64,000 bases of DNA from Octopus sinensis (GCF_006345805.1 NC_043005.1:68448001-68512000); one strand, 5' to 3'. Counted from the first letter of the stretch, positions 1-12,100 are shown. Made by a program: numbers and translations. Notes: a model not told the origin generated them from the letters alone.

Positions 1-277
1 CACCCACAACGTGAACAACACTTTAGACTGTGTCTTGCTTCCAAATATTCTATCGAAACAGTGTTCCCATACAGCCCCCAGCTATCATTTTATATATGTA
101 GCTTACTGTCAAATCTCAGTCTTACTGTGTGTGTTGACGGAGCCCGTTCTGAGTCTTATTTACTCCTACTTAAAAAAATATATTAGCAACAGAAGCAGCA
201 TTGAGGCCGAGAGGTAATATCTATTCCCACTCAAACGTGAATGTTCTGTTAGAACAAACTATACTGCGGTATTTACC

Positions 278-450
278 GAGTGGCTGTGTGGTAAGTAGCT
301 TGCTTACGAACCACATGGTTCCGGGTTCAGTCCCACTGCGTGTCACCTTGGGCAAGTGTCGTCTTCTATAGCCTCGGGCCGACCGATGCCTTGGGAGTAG
401 ATTTGGTAGACGGAAACTGAAAGAAGCCGTCGTGTATGTATGTATGTATG

Positions 451-483
<33 letters not shown>

Positions 484-693
484 ATGTATGTTTGTGTGTC
501 TGTGTTTGTCCTCCCAACATCGCTTGACAACGGTGTGTTTACGTCCCTGTAACTTAGCGGTTCGGCAAAAAAGACTGATAGAATATTACTAGGCTTACAA
601 AGAATAAGTCCTGGGGTCGATTTGCTTGACTTAAGGCGGTGCTCCAGCATGGTCGCAGTCAAATGACTGAAACAAATAATGAGAGTAAAGAGA
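278..693 (+). mobile_element. tRNA-derived SINE, family A (Octopus-type, with internal microsatellite)
   Basis: Head GAGTGGCTGTGTGGTAAG (A box) and GGTTCAGTCCC (B box); CCTTGGGCAAGTGTC core; internal (TA/TG)n; 3' end CAGTCAAATGACTGAAACA..GAGTAAAGAG. The same sequence recurs more than 8 times in the window. Confidence 0.9.
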
Positions 694-894
694 TATAGGT
701 CTTTGGTGCACAATGTACGCTTATTTGTTTATATCGCCAGCGGGGAGATAAGCCACCACCAACCCCAGCGCGGAGACCACCATATCCCGTGATTTCAATC
801 TTCCATGATCTCCACGATGTAACTAATGGTGCAGTTTTGAGCCTCTAATATCCTTTCTTCTATACATCATTGACTTCCTTAATGTCACGCCCAA

Positions 895-1420
895 AAGCCA
901 TCTGCTCCGATGCAGATAATATTCTCATTAATTTCTTTCTAACATTCCCCAACTATGGACCATTCACTCGCAACATAAACTATACACCAACCCCACACTG
1001 AAATCATGAACAGGGATCTCGAAAGCATCTTTCAGTGGGGATATTCTAGTGAACAGCTCTAAATCGGAACCCTCATAGCCACTTCAACTGTAGGGTTTCA
1101 TTGTTGTCGAAGATGTCGCCTGACAGAAGTTCATTTTTAACTTAACTAGGACCGTTTCGAACGACTGACTCTTCACTTCAAACATTTCAACAACTATAAA
1201 AATCTTCAAACACCTGGTGAGACCTACAATGGAGCATTGCTCTCACATTTGGGACGATGTGGCTGCTGCAATCACAGTAACCGTTAACCGCATCAATTAA
1301 ATGAATGATTGTCATAAAGTAACCCAGAGATCAACTCCAGCAACTTACCAACAAATACGCTATCTCCGCTCTCTGTCTCTTTTAACTTCACTATAATGGC
1401 TTCTGCTTCTCATAGCTAGA
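895..1420 (+). pseudogene. Highly decayed LINE (CR1/L2/Jockey-like) RT C-terminal fragment
   Basis: 1202-1270 translates IFKHLVRPTMEHCSHIWDDVAAA, resembling the YKxxVRPxLEYCSxVW motif. ~903-926 gives CSDADNIL, a possible YADD remnant. Confidence 0.6.
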
Positions 1421-2964
1421 TGGTTTCATGTTACCCCATGCAGGCATTCCCTCGCATTAATCCCTATACTCCCAGTTCTTGCTTGTGAGAAGTTCGTACT
1501 TAAGGAATTATTACCCTGGTTATGTTTTACCGGAAACCGTTAACTTGAATATTCAAGTGAAATAGAATATTAAGGGCATCATTTCAGTCGTCTCGGGGAC
1601 TAGGAAATCCATGGTTACCGTCCCTTTCTCTAGAGCCACTAAGTATGATGAACAAATGTCCAGCCAGAGGTGACTTATGATAACATGGATATACTTGTCT
1701 GATGCCATTCAATACATGTTCATCAATGCACAACTCTGTAAATTTTTCACAATTGTGGGTATAGAAATAGGATTTCTAAACGACTTCTTTTACTTATGCT
1801 GATGGATTAATTGTGCTCCTACGGGTAGCTATCGGGTGTATGACTTGAGGTGAAGGTCAGCACAGGAACTAGGAATGGATAATGTCTAATTTGCTATTTT
1901 ACTTGATCCCAAGAAGATATTTCTACCCTTCTCTTCGTCATAAACTTAGTTAAAGGATTAAAGTATTCAGTACTTTTAAAAATCCCAATTGTGATTAATT
2001 CAAAAATATAGGTGAGATTGATTTTTGGCAACAAATCAAAGATTTTAAAAGATGCTGAATTTCGAAATTTTCAGTACACTGGAAATAATTATTTGTTAAG
2101 TTTTAAACGTTTACACGAAGACATACTGGATAATAAATTCACAGCAAGTGGAGATAAATGTAAGAGTTAAGGACCTTCCTCATGACTGTAAAAATATTAT
2201 TAGTAAGCTTACTCCATCTTCGTCTAGTCATCTTTCCAGAAAACCATAGTATATTGAGCAATTAGCATGGAGAACGATTCCATCTGAATATTTGTGCAAT
2301 AGAAACAAAATGTCAAGCAGTTTGAAAAGAATGCATGATAACTGAATATTTCCGGAAGCTACATCGGGGCGAACCAGGTCAAGTTTATAACAGTTCTTGA
2401 CAACTCTTTTAAAATCATGTATATTATTCACTTGCAAGTGCTTCTAAATGAATAGCTGATATAAGATGAGGCTAAAAGTTAATTATGTATGAAACTTGCA
2501 GTTACTGCTGGTATATGTGTTGCGCATATTGTTATTATATAAACATATAGATATGATACATAAATCATAGAGTAAATTCGCAATATGCTCATGAATTGAA
2601 CAAAGCCTCTGTTATAGTTTCTTCTGTAATCAGTAAAATAATCCATGATGCATTTTAAAAAGATTATATTGAATATTAGAAAAGAGATGAGACTGCCTAG
2701 GGAATATGTTCATGAATCTTCGCTTGAATTTGAAAATAGATGCTCTAGTGGGAATTAATGAATTACATTTACCAATACGAAGAGTTGAGTTTTGCTATAT
2801 TGTTGCTTCATTATATTCACTTATAGTCTTACGTGTTTCTAGTGTCCCTTTCCTAGCAATAAAAAAGAAGCTTAAATACATTTCAGTTAAAAGAGAGTAA
2901 TGAATGTCTCACATCATTGCAGGACCTTTTGCATCACTGCAGAATCTTTCGAACAAAGTTATTC

Positions 2965-3228
2965 TCGGTTCTGTCCCACTGCATAGCATCTTTCCTAATA
3001 TAGCTTCAAGGCACTCAAATCTTTGTGTTTGGATTTGGTAGGCGGAAACTGAAAGAAACTCGTCGTATATGACATTTCTGTAACTTAGCGGTTCGACAAA
3101 AGAAAACGATAGAATAAGTTTCCAAGATTAAAAATAAGTACTGGGGTCGATTTGCTCGACCCAAATTTTTCAATGCGGTGTCCCAGCATGGTTGCACTAT
3201 AACGACTGGAAGAAGTAAAAGATAAAAC
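2965..3228 (+). mobile_element. SINE family A, internally deleted copy
   Basis: GGTTCTGTCCCACTGC..GGATTTGGTAGGCGGAAACTGAAAGAA joined to GTAACTTAGCGGTTCG..CAGCATGG..GTAAAAGATAAAA. Confidence 0.8.
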
Positions 3229-3449
3229 GTGTATATATATATATATATATATATAATGATTGAAAGGCTCCAATTTCCAGTAATCAGGGATGTTCGTTTT
3301 CCGGTCAGCAGCTGGTAAATTAAGCTTGGTTTCCTTTTGGGTGTCTAGTGTATTCTTTACTGTATGAAATGAAAGTTTGAAGAGAACGCTTATCCTTATG
3401 TTCTTCCGCTGAAAAAACCTTTGTTGATGACTTGCACGCAAATGGTATC

Positions 3450-3907
3450 TTCCAGCTCACGATTTTGATTTTATTTATGGTCCCGGAGGCAATATTTTAT
3501 ATATAAACGTCGTACACTTGAAGTCATGAAATTTAGTTGCTGTTTATGCTGTATTCCAAAATAATACTTTTAAATGATAATTCAAATTAATGATTTTATA
3601 AATAATATCTAATGTGTATGCAGGTGAGCATATTTAGCTTGCAAAACTTTCGGGAGTTAAAGTGTCAAAACTTACGGGAGTTAAAATGGCAAAATGAACA
3701 TACGCATGCACACTCATTTTGTAACAGTCCCCACCCACCACAAAACATTAATTAAAAGGCTTAATTAAAAGTATTATTTAAAAGTATTATTTCAGAACAT
3801 TGCCTAAACAGCAACGCATCTTCATGACTTCGAGTGTATGGAGTTTATAAACATTTGCACTCATATTTTCACGAGAACTAGAAATGAAATTGAAAGCGTG
3901 AGCCTGA
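3450..3907. mobile_element. Fold-back MITE-like element (imperfect long inverted repeats)
   Basis: ~3452-3570 (CCAGCTCACGATTTTG..TACACTTGAAGTCATGAA..GTTGCTGTTTA..AAATAATACTTTT) is an imperfect reverse complement of ~3780-3905 (AAAAGTATTATTT..TAAACAGCAAC..TTCATGACTTCGAGTGTA..CGTGAGCCTG). Outer ends are uncertain. Confidence 0.65.
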
Positions 3908-3950
3908 AGCACGCGTCGTTCAAAAAGGGTTATAAACGCTAGAACATAAC

Positions 3951-4335
3951 TCTTTTACTCTTTTACTTGTTTCAGTCATTTGACAGTGGCCATGCTGGAG
4001 CACCGCCTTTAGCTGAGCAAATGGACCCCAGGACTTATTCTTTGGAAGCCTAGTACTTACTATATCGGTCTTTTTGCCGAACCGCTAAGGTACGGGGACG
4101 TAAACACACCACCATCGGTTGTCAAGCGATGTTGGGGGGACAAAAACACACACACAAACACACACACACACACATACATACACCACACACACACATATAT
4201 ATATATATACATATATATACGACGGGCTTCTTTCAGTTTTCCTCTACCAAATCCACTCACACTTCCCCAAGGTTCCACGCAGTGGTAATGAACCCGGAAC
4301 CATGTGGTTGGTAAGCAGGCTACTTACCACACAGC
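3951..4335 (-). mobile_element. SINE family A
   Basis: Reverse complement of the 278-693 family, with a (CA)n/(TA)n centre. Confidence 0.9.
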
Positions 4336-5142
4336 TAAAGCATTTTTTGCAAACTTTAAAAAAAGAATCAAGACAGTGGATATTCAAAAGAAAGCCAAGC
4401 CAAGATGGTTTGAAACGAGCAACTGTGATTACCGGAAATCAGTGCCTTTCAGTTATAATGTATTAACGAAAAGAATACGTTACGTTGTATTGAATCGTTT
4501 AAATTTATCACTTCTGGTGGATCAACAGAGATTCATATATATATAGAGAGATTAATATACTTCTCTACCGATTCCATCATTGTTCATTGTTGACTAAGGT
4601 ACAATTAGTAGAGCTGAATAATTAGTGGCGGATCTTTACGTTGTGTTCGATCTTTTGCGTTTCATGTTTCCGGAGCTCTGTAAAATGAATATCTAGTTCA
4701 AGTACAAGATAGGTCATATTGTATTATAATTTCCTCACAATATTTGTGATGTTGTACTGTGTTAGAAATAAATAGCATTAGGGAAGTGGATTACAGATTA
4801 GAAGCTTGGAGTAATAAAAGTCTTGAAGATGAATCCCAGTACTTAATTCATTGATCCCTGAAGATTAAAACACGAAGTCATGCATCGTGGGATTTAAAAT
4901 CAGAAATAAAACGATATAACTGCAAGTATTTGCTGCGCTGTTAACCCTTCGTCTCTTTTTACGCAATAATATATTAACTATTAAATGGATGTGATTAACT
5001 CGTAACCCTGGTGATTAATTAGCAATTGTGAATGATTAGACAAAGAAATCAAAGAACAATGCAATATGACAGCAAATTTCAACAAATATTTCAAACTTAT
5101 GTACAGGTATGTTTGCAATTTAACGTTTTGCCCTTTTCCATT

Positions 5143-5191
5143 CTCTCGCTCTCTCTTCTCTCTCCCTTCTTTCTCTCGCTCTCTATCTCGC

Positions 5192-5234
<43 letters not shown>

Positions 5235-5261
5235 TCTCTATCTCGCTTTCTCTCTCTCTTC

Positions 5262-5303
<42 letters not shown>

Positions 5304-5443
5304 CGACTTAACGCTTTCACATTCTCCACTGTTTAGTTTCACTATCTGTCTGTTTGTCTGCCTGTATGTCTATGTATGTATGTATGTATGTATGTATGTA
5401 TGTATGTATGTATGTATGTATGTATGTATCTATCTATCTATCT
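5143..5443. repeat. Compound microsatellite (CT)n/(CTAT)n/(TATG)n
   Basis: Direct reading. Confidence 0.95.
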
Positions 5444-5865
5444 ACTTATCCACTGATGCATCATTCTGTCAGTCTGTCCACTACTCATTCTATCTGTTAC
5501 CATATCTTTCGCTCTCATTTCTCTATCTACCAATCTGTAATTCAACCATTCCATACGTATATTTGTAATTTTAACGTCAAACTGAAACGAAATTGAAATA
5601 AATAAAGGAAATACAGCCACAACCATTACCATAATTCGATGGGGTGGGCCTGTTCTGTGCTTGTTCAACCTGCTAGAAACAGAAACCAAATACATCTCAA
5701 ATGAGACCGCACCATCTTTTAAGACTACATTCGATAATGCAATACTGGACAGACTGTCTAAAATTTGAGATTGTCGCGGTTGAAACACAGTTGACACACT
5801 TTTGGTTGTAGTTCAGCTAAATATAGTTTAAAGCCGGAGTAAAGAACAAGCGATGAGGAGAATAA

Positions 5866-6030
5866 TAGCATCAACAACAGTGGTGACAGCAGGGGCAGTA
5901 ACAGCAGCTGCAGCAACAGCATTAGAAGCAGTAGCAACTGAAACAGCAGCGGCAGCAGCAGCAACAGCGACAAAATAGCGGTAACGACGACGGTATCGTT
6001 AAAGCCAACAACAATGATAACAACAACGGT
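5866..6030. repeat. Cryptic (CAG/CAA/GAC)n trinucleotide tract
   Basis: Degenerate AGC/AAC triplets. Confidence 0.8.
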
Positions 6031-6786
6031 GAGGATATCATCGAATCGGAAACCAGTGAGAGGCAACCAGCCATCGAGACTAATCAAAACGGGATGCTCT
6101 CCTTTGACCTCCTTTGAACTTTGATCTCCTTTGAACGTAGGTCAGCTCAGTCACTAGTGTGACAATAAGAGCGCAACAACAAAGGACAATTCTGAAAGAA
6201 AGAAAAAATAATATAAACAAATACCATAGATTTTACCCGCATATAATATAAAAGTTATTTTCCCTTTTACAAGCATTTAGAAATAGAAATAGGAAATTGA
6301 TGCAGCACTAATGAAATAACATTATCAACCACGTATACTTAACGTATATATTTTGTGTGTTTTAGATGTTTTGAGTTTTGCCGGTGGGCTGCGATATGGC
6401 GTGGCGGAGAAAAAACTCTTTCAAAGTGCAAGGTGTTTCGAGTACGTGATGTTGATAAGTAACACAAATGACGAAACATCAACGTCTATCCCACCTGAAT
6501 GAGATCTGGAGTGGATTGCCTTGCCTGTCATTGACTTTCAGGTTTTTTAACACCTTGCACATTGGGAGAGTAGTCTCTACCAAGCCAAATCGCAGCCAAA
6601 TTGCAAATGTGCCAAGTATATACGTTGAGTATGTGAGGTCGATAATATTTAAAAATAGTCTGTTTCTTATTATCTAATACTCAACAGTATTACAAAACGT
6701 GAGCCAACAGTATAGCTTCCGTGTGGTCTCTGAATTACTAGAAACAGTAACCACATTTTATTCGAATTTTTGCACAATAGGATTTA

Positions 6787-7169
6787 ACTATTATATAAAA
6801 TCCGTTCTGTTTGTCCGCGTGTGTCTCTTCTAGGATCTCAGGCATCCTCCATCCGATTGCACTCAAATTTGATGTGTAGATACCGACAGTATCAGAGCGT
6901 GTACAAGTCTTGAAAAAATTGCAAAAATCGATTCCAGGTGAGAATGCGATCGATAAAACCGTGGGAACGTGCATTTGTAAAATCGTTTTTCTTGGAATAG
7001 AAAAAAAGTCTCTCTTTATTTCTTCTTTTGCTGGTGTCTCAAATTTAGGTTAAATCAGTGTTTCTCAAAGGGGAGGCCTATGGGACAGTCGGACAAGTTG
7101 TTTTGAGAAAATTTAGTTTAAATGTTTGACAACTCAGTACCGTCCATTGGACGGGGGGCGTTTTGCTCG
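6787..7169 (+). mobile_element. Non-autonomous Helitron-like element
   Basis: 5' CTATTATATAAAATCCGTTCTGTTTGTCCG..CCGATTGCACTCAAATTTG. 3' GC hairpin CCGTCC-ATT-GGACGG (7140-7154), followed 11 nt later by CTCG|T, a variant of the CTRR|T end. Confidence 0.6.
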
Positions 7170-8339
7170 TTATATATAGTGAGACAGTATAGTCAGAGAT
7201 GGGATATCCTTAATCATAGGTCTGCTCGATCAATCTCGTTGATAAGAAGCTGAATCGTAAGGATATAGTAACAGAAACAAGAACAACAACAGCTCAACGA
7301 TAGTAAAATCACCGAAATAAAACGTTTCAAAATGGCCGCTGAGAAGTGAAAAAAAAAGAGAGACAAACAACTAACCTACAACCGACATATCAGTAAAGTA
7401 GTTCCTCACACCAGCAGACAAACAAACAGAATGCAAGGTAGCCAAACATAGTTACAATCCAACAGCAACTCAGTAACTGTTGAGAATAGAAAATGGAGAG
7501 CGAGACGAGACAAAAATATTTGAGAAGGATCTTCACCTTCTCCTCCATCACCTCGTTTACAAAAATATAAAACGCAAACAAACCAATCACATGCCATACA
7601 ACAGTTTACGAAGCCAACAAACTGATGAAGCAAAACCAGAGCAGAGCAAAATAAAAAAAAAGGTAGCAGTAGAGAGAAGGAGAAAAAAGACATATAATGA
7701 AACACAACCAGTAAACTACAAAACCTACAAAGACACAACAATAGAAACAATAACGTGAGTTCGTGTTCGTTTTGATGTTTGTCGATAGGAAATTATTACC
7801 GAAGCATAGAAATCATTAAAATATCACATAATAAATACGTACGTGTGTAGTTGTGGAAGAATATACGTGGATTTGTATACGCATTCGTAATTCTCTCACT
7901 GTATCTATTTGTTTCTTCCTTTCTCGCTCTCTCTCAATCTCTCACTCATACACACGAAGATAGATATACAAAGAAAGTAATGAAAAGATCATTTAATAGA
8001 CACAAACACGCACACACATACCTGTATGTGTATATAAATATATATATATATATATACATACACACATAAGTGCGTGTGTGTATTTATGGTCAAGTGTGAG
8101 TGTACGCGTATGTATATCTATATGCACTGGGGCATGTATATATGCTTATGTGTGTCTTATACACACACAGGCATACAGACACGCAAGCATACACACATGC
8201 ATCTACACAAAGAAAGGTATAAAAAGAAAGGTAAAAAAGAAAAGCAAGAGAAAGAACGCTTAATGGACGCAAACATACGTACACATATGAGTAAAGGTAT
8301 ACATACATGTGTGTGTATGCATAGGTACGTGGCGTGAGT

Positions 8340-8358
8340 ACGTGTTCATATATATACT

Positions 8359-8391
<33 letters not shown>

Positions 8392-8638
8392 GTGTGCGTA
8401 TATATATGTGTGTGTGTGCGTATATATATGTGTGTGTATATATATGTGTGTATATATATATGTATGTGTGTATATATATATGTACATGTGTATATGTGTA
8501 TATATATATGTATGTGTGTATATATATATGTACATGTGTATATGTGTATATATATATGTATATGTGTATATATATATATGTATGTATATACATATATACA
8601 TATATATGTATGTATATATATATATATGTATATGCATG

Positions 8639-8675
<37 letters not shown>

Positions 8676-8867
8676 GTATGTATATGTATGTATATATATG
8701 TATATGTATATGTATGTATATATATGTATATATATATATGTATGTATATATATGTATATATATATGTATGTATATATATATGTATATGTATATATATATA
8801 TATGTGTGTATATATATGTATGTATATATATATATATGTGTGTATATATATGTATGTGTATATATAT

Positions 8868-8905
<38 letters not shown>
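8340..8905. repeat. Long (TA)n/(TG)n compound microsatellite
   Basis: Direct reading; source of the YI/VC-rich pseudo-ORFs. Confidence 0.95.
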
Positions 8906-8912
<7 letters not shown>

Positions 8913-9238
8913 TATATACATGCACACATATTTATGTACATATGTTAAGATATGTGTTACACAGAGGTTCACAAGCACGCGCACACGCATATATATCATG
9001 AAAAAAGAAAGGTACAGAGAGAGAAAGAGAGAGATTATGACTTCAACATGCGCATGAGTACATTTCGGAATAGGATAGATAGGGAAAAATATGGAACTTT
9101 GAATATGAAAATCAGCGATGCTCTACATTCTGAAGAAGGCAACCAAATAGAAATAACTTGCAGCTAAGTTTTCACACTTTGTTGAGCTTTTCATGGTGTC
9201 CGTGATAGAAGAGTCGGAGATGGAGCGTGGAAGAGGAG

Positions 9239-9270
<32 letters not shown>

Positions 9271-9485
9271 CGATGAAGTAGGAAAGAGAGAAGAAGAGAG
9301 AGAAAGAAGTGAAAGTGGTAAAGTACTGGGGTGAGGGATCGTGGGGCCTGTAAAAGATAAAAGAGGCAAATAATAAAGAAAAAACAAAGAATGGAGCAGC
9401 AACGATAGAGAAACTAGTTATAGAAATAAGCAATCACATATTTTAAACGCATATCGTAAAAATCTGAATATCAATATACGTATGA

Positions 9486-9516
<31 letters not shown>

Positions 9517-9523
9517 ATCATAT

Positions 9524-9565
<42 letters not shown>

Positions 9566-9967
9566 GCATAGTGTATACAATATAAGCAAAATCACACACA
9601 CACACACGCGCACACGCACGCACACGCACACACACATACAAATGTATATACATGTGATGAATATGGGTGCATATGTGTATACATACATATCTACGTATGT
9701 GTATATTGATATACTCAGGTACACATGTTCATATATCGCCATATATATATATGTGTGTGTGTGTTTGTGTGTGTGTGTGTTTGTATTTGTGTGTGCGTGT
9801 GTATGTGTGTATATATAGATTTTTACACACACTTTTGAAAACTGTGTATGGCGTGACTGTGGAAACTCGTAGCAGTCTCCTCTTATCAAAACTAATTATA
9901 TATTTATATGTGCTGATATATGTATTTATATATATGTATGTATACATGCATAGTATATATATGTATA

Positions 9968-10009
<42 letters not shown>

Positions 10010-10178
10010 TATATATATATATACACATATTAATTTATATATAGAGGGCATTATACATACATGCCAGAAGGCATTATACATACATGCCAAACGCTAAGAG
10101 GGACAATTAGTCATTTCTACCAAAAATATTACTAATCCCACCGAATGCAATTTTTCAAAGTAAGACATTTAAAAAAAT

Positions 10179-10226
10179 AGACCTGTATCACAGTGATTTC
10201 ATACTTACGTACTCATCAGCAGGCCT
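10179..10226 (-). ncRNA. Minimal type I hammerhead ribozyme (unit 1)
   Basis: Minus strand reads AGGCCUG-CUGAUGA-GUAC(GUAA)GUAU-GAAA-UCAC(U)GUGA-UA-CAGGUCU: stem I 7 bp, full catalytic core, stem II 4 bp, quasi-palindromic stem III. Confidence 0.85.
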
Positions 10227-10657
10227 GAATGTATTATACATAAACAACGACCCTGCCCCGCTTAAGCCGATCAGTTAACTGCTCGACATCAACGAAGCAC
10301 ATGGGTGAGTTTACATATATTACATCCGATAAATGGCAAACTTTTACGAATTGCATTTCGGGAGAGGAAAAGTTTTTTCGGAATAAAAATTTAGCAATTA
10401 AGGACAACTACTTAATAAGGTAAACTTAACAAGAAATTGTCAGGTAGATAGCGTAAAAACCTCATAAGAGAAAAAATTTCGAAAATAATTATTTCTTATT
10501 GAACATATTATTTATATATAGAGGGCATTATACATACATGCCAGAGGGCATTATACATACATGCCAAACGCTAAGAGGGACAATTAGTCATTTCTACCAA
10601 AAATATTACTAATCCCACCGAATGCAATTTTTCAAAGTAAGACATTTAAAAAAATAT

Positions 10658-10705
10658 AGACCTGTATCACAGTGATTTCATACTTACGTACTCATCAGCA
10701 GGCCT
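10658..10705 (-). ncRNA. Minimal type I hammerhead ribozyme (unit 2)
   Basis: Identical to the unit 1 motif. Confidence 0.85.
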
Positions 10706-11133
10706 GAATGTATTATAAATAAACACGACCCTGCCCCGCTTAAGCCGATCAGTTAACTGCTCGACATCAACGAAGCACATGGGTGATTTACATATATTAC
10801 ATCCGGATAAATGGCAAACTTTTACGAATTGCATTTCGGGAGAGGAAAAGTTTTTTCGGAATAAAAATTTAGCAATTAAGACAACTACTTAATAAGGAAA
10901 ACTTAACAAGAAATTGTCAGGTAGATAGCGTAAAAACCTCATAAGAGAAAAAATTTCGAAAATAATTATTTCTTATTGAACATATTAATTTAAATATAGA
11001 GGGCATTATACATACATGCCAGAAGGCATATACATACATGCCAAACGCTAAGAGGGACAATTAGTCATTTCTACCAAAAATATTACTAATCCCCCGAATG
11101 CAATTTTTCAAAGTAAGACATTTAAAAAAATAT

Positions 11134-11180
11134 AGACTGTATCACAGTGATTTCATACTTACGTACTCATCAGCAGGCCT
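11134..11180 (-). ncRNA. Minimal type I hammerhead ribozyme (unit 3, 1-nt deletion in stem I)
   Basis: Same core; plus strand reads AGACTG instead of AGACCTG. Confidence 0.8.
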
Positions 11181-11477
11181 GAATGTATTATAAATAAACA
11201 ACGACCCTGCCCCGCTTAAGCCGATCAGTTAACTGCTCGACATCAACGAAGCACATGGGTGAGTTTACATATATACATCCGGATAAATGGCAAACTTTTA
11301 CGAATTGCATTTCGGGAGAGGAAAAGTTTTTTCGGAATAAAAATTTAGCAATTAAGGACAACTACTTAATAAGGAAAACTTAACAAGAAATTGTCAGGTA
11401 GATAGCGTAAAAACCTTATAAGAGAAAAAATTTCGAAAATAATTATTTCTTATTGAACATATTAATTTATATATAAT

Positions 11478-12058
11478 AATAATTATTTTCGAAATTTTTT
11501 CTCTTATGAGGTTTTTACGCTATCTACCTGACAATTTCTGTTAAGTTTACCTTATTAAGTAGTTGTCCTTAATTGCTAAATTTTTATTCCGAAAAAACTT
11601 TTCCTCTCCCGAAATGCAATTCGTAAAAGTTTGCCATTTATCCGGATGTAATATATGTAAACTCACCCATGTGCTTCGTTGATGTCGAGCAGTTAACTGA
11701 TCGGCTTAAGCGGGCAGGGTCGTTGTTTATTTATAATACATTCAGGCCTGCTGATGAGTACGTAAGTATGAAATCACTGTGATACAGGTCTATATTTTTT
11801 TAAATGTCTTACTTTGAAAAATTGCATTCGGTGGGATTAGTAATATTTTTGGTAGAAATGACTAATTGTCCCTCTTAGCGTTTGGCATGTATGTATAATG
11901 CCTTCTGGCATGTATGTATAATGCCCTCTATATATAAATTAATATGTTCAATAAGAAATAATTATTTTCGAAATTTTTTCTCTTATGAGGTTTTTACGCT
12001 ATCTACCTGACAATTTCTTGTTAAGTTTTCCTTATTAAGTAGTTGTCCTTAATTGCTA
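11478..12058 (+). repeat. Inverted ~1.2 copies of the 478-bp unit (palindrome arm)
   Basis: Reverse complement of ~10870-11447, separated by a ~30-nt spacer; ends in (TA)n. Confidence 0.95.
11744..11791 (+). ncRNA. Minimal type I hammerhead ribozyme (inverted unit)
   Basis: AGGCCTG CTGATGA GTAC GTAA GTAT GAAA TCAC T GTGA TA CAGGTCT; predicted cleavage 3' of 11784 (AUA triplet). Confidence 0.85.
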
Positions 12059-12100
12059 TATATACACATATATATATACACACATATATATATATATATA

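Larger units (their letters stand above)
10025..11475 (-). repeat. Three tandem ~478-bp non-coding units, each with a hammerhead ribozyme (retrozyme / Penelope pLTR-like array)
   Basis: Units start near 10026, 10504 and 10981 and are near-identical, differing mostly by 1-nt indels. (TA)n lies on the left flank. Confidence 0.95.

Noticed and set aside
278-345. tRNA gene
   Set aside because: The A/B boxes belong to a SINE head that continues into the SINE body; no full cloverleaf is evident.
5758-6087. Poly-Gln/poly-Leu coding exon
   Set aside because: Degenerate trinucleotide tract with no recognisable domain or convincing splice context.
7406-7758. ORFs in A-rich unique sequence (also 36959-37239 and 55996-56296)
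   Set aside because: Low-complexity, no domain motifs and no supportable exon structure; small host exons cannot be excluded without RNA-seq.
8260-9057. Long ORFs of 200-266 aa rich in YI/VC/HT (also at 22-23, 25.6-26.4, 44.5-45.1 and 59.2-60.2 kb)
   Set aside because: Translations of (TA)n/(CA)n microsatellites, which lack stops in several frames.
10025-11475. CRISPR-like array or centromeric satellite reading of the tandem repeat
   Set aside because: Units are wholly repeated with no unique spacers, there are no cas genes, the context is eukaryotic, and only ~4 copies are present.
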